A DNA stretch of 64,000 nucleotides from Squalus acanthias (lineage: Eukaryota). Under the pieces are notes generated by a model. That model searched no databases, was not told the origin of the DNA, and saw only the letters and a program-made list of their open reading frames with translations. A program made the translations under genes and the position numbers. Shown piece after piece: positions 57,746 to 64,000 of this stretch (within the stretch, counting starts at the first letter, position 1; each line of letters begins with the position of its first letter). The DNA lies in contig CM059432.1 in assembly GCA_030390025.1 (NCBI GenBank), forward strand, positions 37,450,001 through 37,514,000. Direction: 5' to 3'.

Positions 57746-58561
57746 TACAAGTTCACCACACCAGTAAAATTACACAACACACAGACTTTTGGTGCAGTTG
57801 TCCACCATGGTACAGCAAATGTATTTTTTTGTAGACTTTGTGAACAGATTTAGTCTTAGAATTTCTCTGTACATTACTAACCATAATTTAAAGAAAATTA
57901 CATTTTCATCTTATTATACACATTCACTTTGGCAATTAGATGCTGTGGAAACTATTTCGAAACAATAATATTGTCTTTGGCTATGTGTTTGCACTAGCCA
58001 TTTGCCTGGAGTACAATAAATTGTTTTTAAATACTTACTTCAGTCTTTGTTTGAGGTGATTTCCTTTAAAAGAAATAAAACACAGATTAGTTCAATTACA
58101 ATCTAAAACTACAATTAAAATAGAACCTTATTTTTTACCTGCTCTATTTTCTTGAAGTAGTTGACAGCTTACTAGGGACATTCACAGACACTACCGATCC
58201 CGGCTATCTCCACCGAGTGACCATTATTTTGAGAGTTTCAGTAGGCATATTGAGATAGCAGAGGGTGGTACTGCCTCGGAAACCGTACCTACACCAACAA
58301 GGAATCAACTACTTCAGGAAACACAGGGGAATAAAAAGTGGAGGGCATCACAGCCGAGCTTGATGTTGTCTTTGACACCCATATACATTCACTCCCAGAA
58401 AGAGTCACCACACAGTGATCAGGGAAGGGAACCCTGACCAATCATCCCCACCCTAACTCAGGGTGCTGCAGACAATTGTGTCTCCTGCCATCTCCCTCGT
58501 CTGTGAACCAGTAGCTCAGTACTGGGACCTTCCTAGTCTGTTAGGCTCGGAGACTTCAAAG

Positions 58562-59053
58562 GAGTAGATTTTAACTATTAGGACAGCGAGCCAAAATGGA
58601 GTCCCAATGCAGCGCGCTGGCTCTGGGTTGGAGCAATATCGGCCAACCCAGCCAGGAAAACAATAGGTTGAGGCCGGGGGGGTGGGGGGGGAAGAAAGGG
58701 GTGGGGAGGAGGGAGGCTGGTGCGGCAGTGCCCACATTATTCTTGTGCAGCACAGAAGATCACTCCTGGTCTCACTAAAGTAATTTTAGCACTTAGCTTT
58801 TTGGGCCTTTTCTGCTGTACCACCAGGTTCTATTGAGCAGAGCTTCCACTGCGCGCACTCTGGCCCGTAGGTAGGTAAAATGGCATTGGGTTCCTATGTC
58901 GACCATAGGACCCTGATTTGCATGGATTAATGAGGCTCCTGGTCGCCTGGTGGAAGGCCCTGAGAAAACAGTGGCAGAGCAGGAATGTGGTGGTAAGTCT
59001 ACCACCTCCATTTTAACTTCGCTACCGCCAGGTAGAGGGAGTTAAAATCGCCC
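58562..59053. mobile_element. Degenerate MITE
   Basis: GATTTTAACT / AGTTAAAATC inverted ends. Confidence 0.5.
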
Positions 59054-59346
59054 TCTTTATCTCAGCCTTTGGGATGATAGAACATTTTATTTCAAAAATT
59101 AAAACACGGATATGAATTAATTGTTGCTGTGGTAAATAAAGATGAACACGGTTTTTCCTCCTCCTGCCCCCTTTCACCCATAGATCCAACCTTTCACACT
59201 TTACTTCCCATACGAGCTAACTGCTTTCACACAATCAGCCTATGGGCTGGGCTATGGACTGTTTCATAACTGCCGTCAGTGTCTCTGCACAAACTGGGGT
59301 CACTTTCAGCAAGGCATATGCCATCTAGTAGCTCCTTCAATATCTA

Positions 59347-59617
59347 GGAACATACGAACAGGAGTTGGCCATTCAACACCTCGAGCTTGTTCCGCCAATT
59401 AATTAGATCATGGCTGATCTGTATCGTAACTCAATCTACCCGTCTTGGTTCCGTAACCTTTAATACCCTTGCCTAACAAAAAAACTATCGATCTCAGTTT
59501 TGAATTGAACCCCAGCCTCAACAGCTGTTTGGGAAAGAGATTTCCAGATTTCCACTACCCTTTGTGTGATGAAGTGCTTTCTGGCATCACCCCTGAACAG
59601 CCTAGCGCTAATTTTAA
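59347..59617 (-). mobile_element. CR1 3' end fragment
   Basis: 3' UTR stem-loop and tail like other CR1 copies; a similar stub lies at ~47500-47620. Confidence 0.7.
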
Positions 59618-59619
59618 GT

Positions 59620-62610
59620 TTTTTTTTATTGGTTCCTGGGATGTGGGCGTCACTGGCAAGGCCAGCATTTATTGCCCATCCCTAATTGCCCTTGAGAAGG
59701 TGGTGGTGAGCCACCTTCATGAATCGCTGCAGTACGGTGCCATTAGGGAGGGAGTTCCAGGATTTTGACACAGCGATGAAGTAACGCCGATATATTTCCA
59801 AGTCAGGATGGTGTGTAACTTGAAAGGAAACTTGCAGGTGATGGTGTTCCCATACGCCTTGTCCTTCTAGGCGGTAGAGGTCGCAGGTTTCTTGAGTGTT
59901 GTTGGAGCTGCACTCATCCAGGCAAGTGGAGAGAATTCTATCACACCCCTGACTTGTGCCTTGTAGATGGTGGAAAGGCTTTGGGGAGTCAGGAGGTGAG
60001 ACACTCACTGCAGAATATCCAGCCTCTGACCTGCTCTTGTAGCCACAGTATTTATGTGGCTGGTCCAGTTAAGTTTCGGGTCAATGGTGACCCCCAGGAT
60101 GTTGATGGTGGGGGATTCAGCGATGGTAATGCCGTTGAATGTCAAGGGGCAGAGGTTAGACTCTCTCTTGTTGCAGATAGTCATTGCCTTGCACTTAAGT
60201 GGCAAGTAACATTCGCGCCACACATCAGTCCAAGCCTGAATGTTGTCCAGGTCTTGCTGCATGCGGGCATGGACTGCTTCATTAATTGGCGAGTTACGAA
60301 TAGAACAGAACACTGTGCAATCATCAGCGAACATCCTCACTTCTGACCGTATGATGGAGGGAAGGTAATTGATGAAGCAGTTAAAGATGGTTGGGCCTAG
60401 GACACTGCTCTGAAGAACTCCTGCAGCAATGTCCTGGGGCGGAGATGATTGAACTCCAGCAAACACAACCATCTTCCTTTTGTGCTAGGTATGACTCTAG
60501 CCAGTGCAGAGTTTTCCCCCTGATTCCCATTGACTTCAATTTTACTAGGGCTCCTTGATGCCACACTCGGTCAAATGCTGCCTTGACGTCAAGGGCATTC
60601 ATTCTCCCCTCTGGAACTCAGCTCTTTTGTCCATGTTTGGACCAAGGCTGTAATGAGGTCTGGAGTTGAGTGGTCCTGGTGGAACCCAAACTGAGCATCG
60701 GTGAACAGGTTATTGGTGAGTAAGTGCTGCTTGATAGCACTGTCCACGACACCTTCCATCACTTTGCTGATGATTGAGAGTAGACTGATGGAGCGGTAAT
60801 TGCTGGATTGGATTTGTCCTGCTTTTTGTGGACAGGACATACCTGGGCAGTTTTCCACATTGTCAGATGGATGCCAGTGTTGTAGCTGTACTGGAACAGC
60901 TTGGCTAGAGGCGCAGCTAGTTCTGGAACACAAGTCTTCAGCACGACAGCCGGGATGTTGTCGGGGCCCATAGCCTTTGCTGTATCCAGTGCGCTCAGCC
61001 GGTTCTTGATATCACATAGCGTGAATCAAATTGTCTGAAGACTGGCTTCTGTGGTGGTGGGGACTTCAGGAGGAGGCCGATATGGATCATCCACTCGGCA
61101 CTTCTGGCTGAAGATGGTTGCAAACGCTTCAGGCTTGTCTTTTGCACTCACGTGCTGAGCTCCATCATCATTGAGGATGGGGATATTTATGGACCCATTA
61201 GTTGTTTAATGGTCCACCACTCACAACTGGATGTGGCAGGACTGCAGAGCTTTGATCTGATCCGTTGATTGTGGGATCGCTTAGCTCTGTTTATAGCATG
61301 CTGCTAACAGCATGTATGTAGTCCTGTGTTGTAGCTTCCCCAGGTTGGCACCTCATTTTTAGTTATGCCTGGTGCTGCTCCCGACATGCTCTTCGGCACT
61401 CCTTATTGAACCAGGATTGGTCCCCTAGTTTGATGGTAACGCTAGAGTGAGGGATATGTCGGGCCATGAGGTTACAGATTGTGGTGGAATACAATTCTGC
61501 TGTTGTTGATGGCCCACAGCGCCTCATGGATGCCCAGTTTTGAGCTGCTAGATCTGTTCTGAATCTATCCCATTTAGCACGGTGGTGGTGCCACACAACA
61601 TGATGGAGGGTGTCCTCAGTGTGAAGACGGACTTCGTCTCCACAAGGACTGTGCGGTAGTCACTGCTGCCAATGCTATCATGGACAGATGCGTCTGCGAC
61701 AGGTAGATTGGCGAGGACGAGGTCAAGTAGGTGTTTCCCTCGTGTTGGTTCTCTCACCACCTGCTGCAGGCCCAGTCTGGTAGCTATATCCTTCAGGCAT
61801 CTGCCAGCTCGGTCAGTAGAGGTGCTACCGAACCACCCTTGGTGATGGACAGTGAAGTCTCCCTACAGAGTACATTCTGTGCCATTGCTACCCTTAGTGC
61901 TTCCTCCAAGTGGTGTTCAACATGAGGGAAGGCGGTAGGTGGTGATCAGGAGATTCCTTGCCCATAATCCATGAGACTTCATGGGATCCGGGTCCAGAGT
62001 CAATGTTGAGGACTTCCAGAACCACTCCCTCCCAACTGGATACCACTGTAACAGGACAGGGTATACCCAGGGATGGTGATGCAGGAGCCTGGGACATTGG
62101 CTGAAAGGTATGATTCTGTGAGTATGACTATGTCAGGCTGTTGCTTGACTAGTCTGTGGGACAGCTCTCCCAATTTTGGCACAAGTCCCAGATGTTGGTG
62201 AGGAGGACTTTGCAGGGTCGACTGGGCTGGGTGTGCCATTTGCGTGTCCGAAGTCGATGCCGGGTGGTCCGGCCGGTTTTATTATTACTGTTTTTCGTAG
62301 CGGTTCGTTACAACTGAGTGGCTTGCTCGGCTATTTCAGAGGGCCGTTAGGAGTCACCCACATTGCTGTGAGTCTGGAGTCACATATAGGGCAGACCAGG
62401 TAAGGACAGCAGAATTCCTTCCCTAAAGGGCATTAGTGAATCAGGTGGGTTTTGGAACAACGATCACCATTACTGATACTAGCTTTTTATTCAATTAACT
62501 GAATTTAAATTCCCCATCGTGGGATTTGAATTCACATCTCTGGATTACTAGGCCAGTAACATAACCACTATGCTACCATGACGATAGCATAACCACTGTG
62601 CTACCGTTCC
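59620..62610 (-). mobile_element. Second-family LINE, near full length, single EN-RT ORF (decayed), tRNA-like 5' head
   Basis: QQPDIVILTESYL; LDLVLAN; GPDNIP; LDVKAAFDRVWH; FADDC; shared 3' end. Confidence 0.85.
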
Positions 62611-62614
62611 CGCT

Positions 62615-62908
62615 TGTTCAGGAATCTCCCGCCAGAGGAAATAGTTTCTCTCGATCTACCCTATCAAATCCTTTAATCATCTTAAACCATTAATTAGATC
62701 ACTTCTTAATCTTCGATATTCAAGGGAATACAGGACTAGTCCATGCAATCTGCCCTCATAATTTAATCCTTTTAGCCCCGGTATCATTCTGGTGAATCTG
62801 CGCTGCACCCCCTCCAAGGCCAATGTATCCTCCCGGAGGTGCGGTGTCCAGAACTGAGCACAGTTCTCCAGATGGGGTCTCACCAGAGCTCTGTACAGCT
62901 GTAGCATA
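62615..62908 (-). mobile_element. CR1 fragment
   Basis: LQLYRALVRPHLENC. Confidence 0.8.
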
Positions 62909-62910
62909 AG

Positions 62911-64000
62911 AGAGTCATAGAGTCATACAGCACAGAAAGAGGCCCTTCGGCCCATCATGTCCACGCCGGCCATCAAGCCCTGTCTATTCTAATCCCATTT
63001 TCCAGCACTATGGCGTTTCAAGTGCTCATCTAAATGCTTCTTGAATGTTGCGAGGGTTCCTGCCTCTACCACCCTTTCAGGCAGTGAGTTCCAGATTCCA
63101 ACCACCTTCTGGGTGAAAAAGTTTCTCCTCAAATCCCCTCTAAACCTCCTTCCCCTTACCTTGAAACTATGCCCCCTGGTTATTGAACCCTCTACTAAGG
63201 GGAAAAGTTTCCCTCTATCTACCCTATCTATGCCCCTCATAATTTTGTACACCTCAATCAGGTCCCCCCTCAGCCTTCTCTGCTCTAAGGAAAACAACCC
63301 CAGTCTGTCCAGTCTCTCTTCATAGCTGAAGTGCTCCAGCCCAGGTAACATCCTGGTGAATCTCCTCTGCAACCTCTCCAATGCAATCACATCCTTCCTA
63401 TAGTGTGGCGACCAGAACTGCACACAGTATTCCAGCTGTGGCCTAACTAGCGTTTTGTACAGCTCCATCATAACCTCCCCGCTCTTATATTCTATGCCTC
63501 GGCTAATGAAGGCAAGTATCACATATGCCTTTTTAACCACCTTATCTACCTGTCCTGCTGCCTTCAGGGATCTATGTACATGCACACCAAGGTCCCTCTG
63601 ATCCTCTGTCCTTCCTAGGGTCCTACCATTCATTGTGTATTCCCTTGCCTTGTTTGTCCTCCCAAAATGCATCACCTCACACTTTTCAGGGTTAAATTCC
63701 ATTTGCCACTGTTCTGCCCATCTAACCAACCCGTCTATATCGTCCTGTAGCCCTGAAGCTTCCCTCCTTGCTATTTACCACTCCACCAATTTTCATGTCA
63801 TCTGCAAACTTACTGATTATACCTCCTATATTCATATCTAAATCATTAATGTACACTACAAACAGCAAAGGACCCAGCACCGATCCCTGCGGTACACCAC
63901 TGGACACAGGCTTCCAGTCACAAAAACAACCTTCGACCATCACCCTCTGCCTCCTGCCACTAAGCCAATTTTGGATCCAATGTGCCAAATTGCCCTGGAT
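62911..64000 (-). mobile_element. CR1 LINE 3' part (same subfamily as 35501-45014)
   Basis: ORFs 62989-63729 and 63722-63988; (GACTCTAT)n tail. Confidence 0.92.

Overview
Vertebrate repeat-rich genomic DNA, probably from a cartilaginous fish (inferred from the CR1/Penelope/MITE repertoire). 1396-~32270 is a tandem array of a ~1.24-kb unit carrying tRNA-Ala(TGC, +), tRNA-Met(CAT, -), tRNA-Arg(ACG, -) and an intron-containing tRNA-Tyr pseudogene (+), 11 copies each. The array and the next ~9 kb were hit repeatedly by LTR elements (TG...CA termini, 4-bp TSDs). The centrepiece is a near-intact 12.5-kb endogenous retrovirus-like provirus (5838-18332, minus strand, TSD ATTC), inserted antisense into a related solo LTR. 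Its tRNA-Arg(TCG) PBS overlaps the gag ATG, gag carries one frameshift, and the gag-pol junction is an in-frame UGA-CUAG readthrough. Pol is PR-RT-dead RNase H-active RNase H-IN plus a long C-terminal tail. The 783-aa Env has an Ig-like domain and a long, Mononegavirales-F-like post-furin subunit, i.e. a lokiretrovirus-like architecture. 32.3-64 kb is a nested graveyard of CR1 LINEs, Penelope, Harbinger remnants, MITEs and a LINE with a tRNA-like 5' head, plus a weak minus-strand exon chain. LINE and MITE boundaries are approximate, and all family assignments were made by eye without searches.
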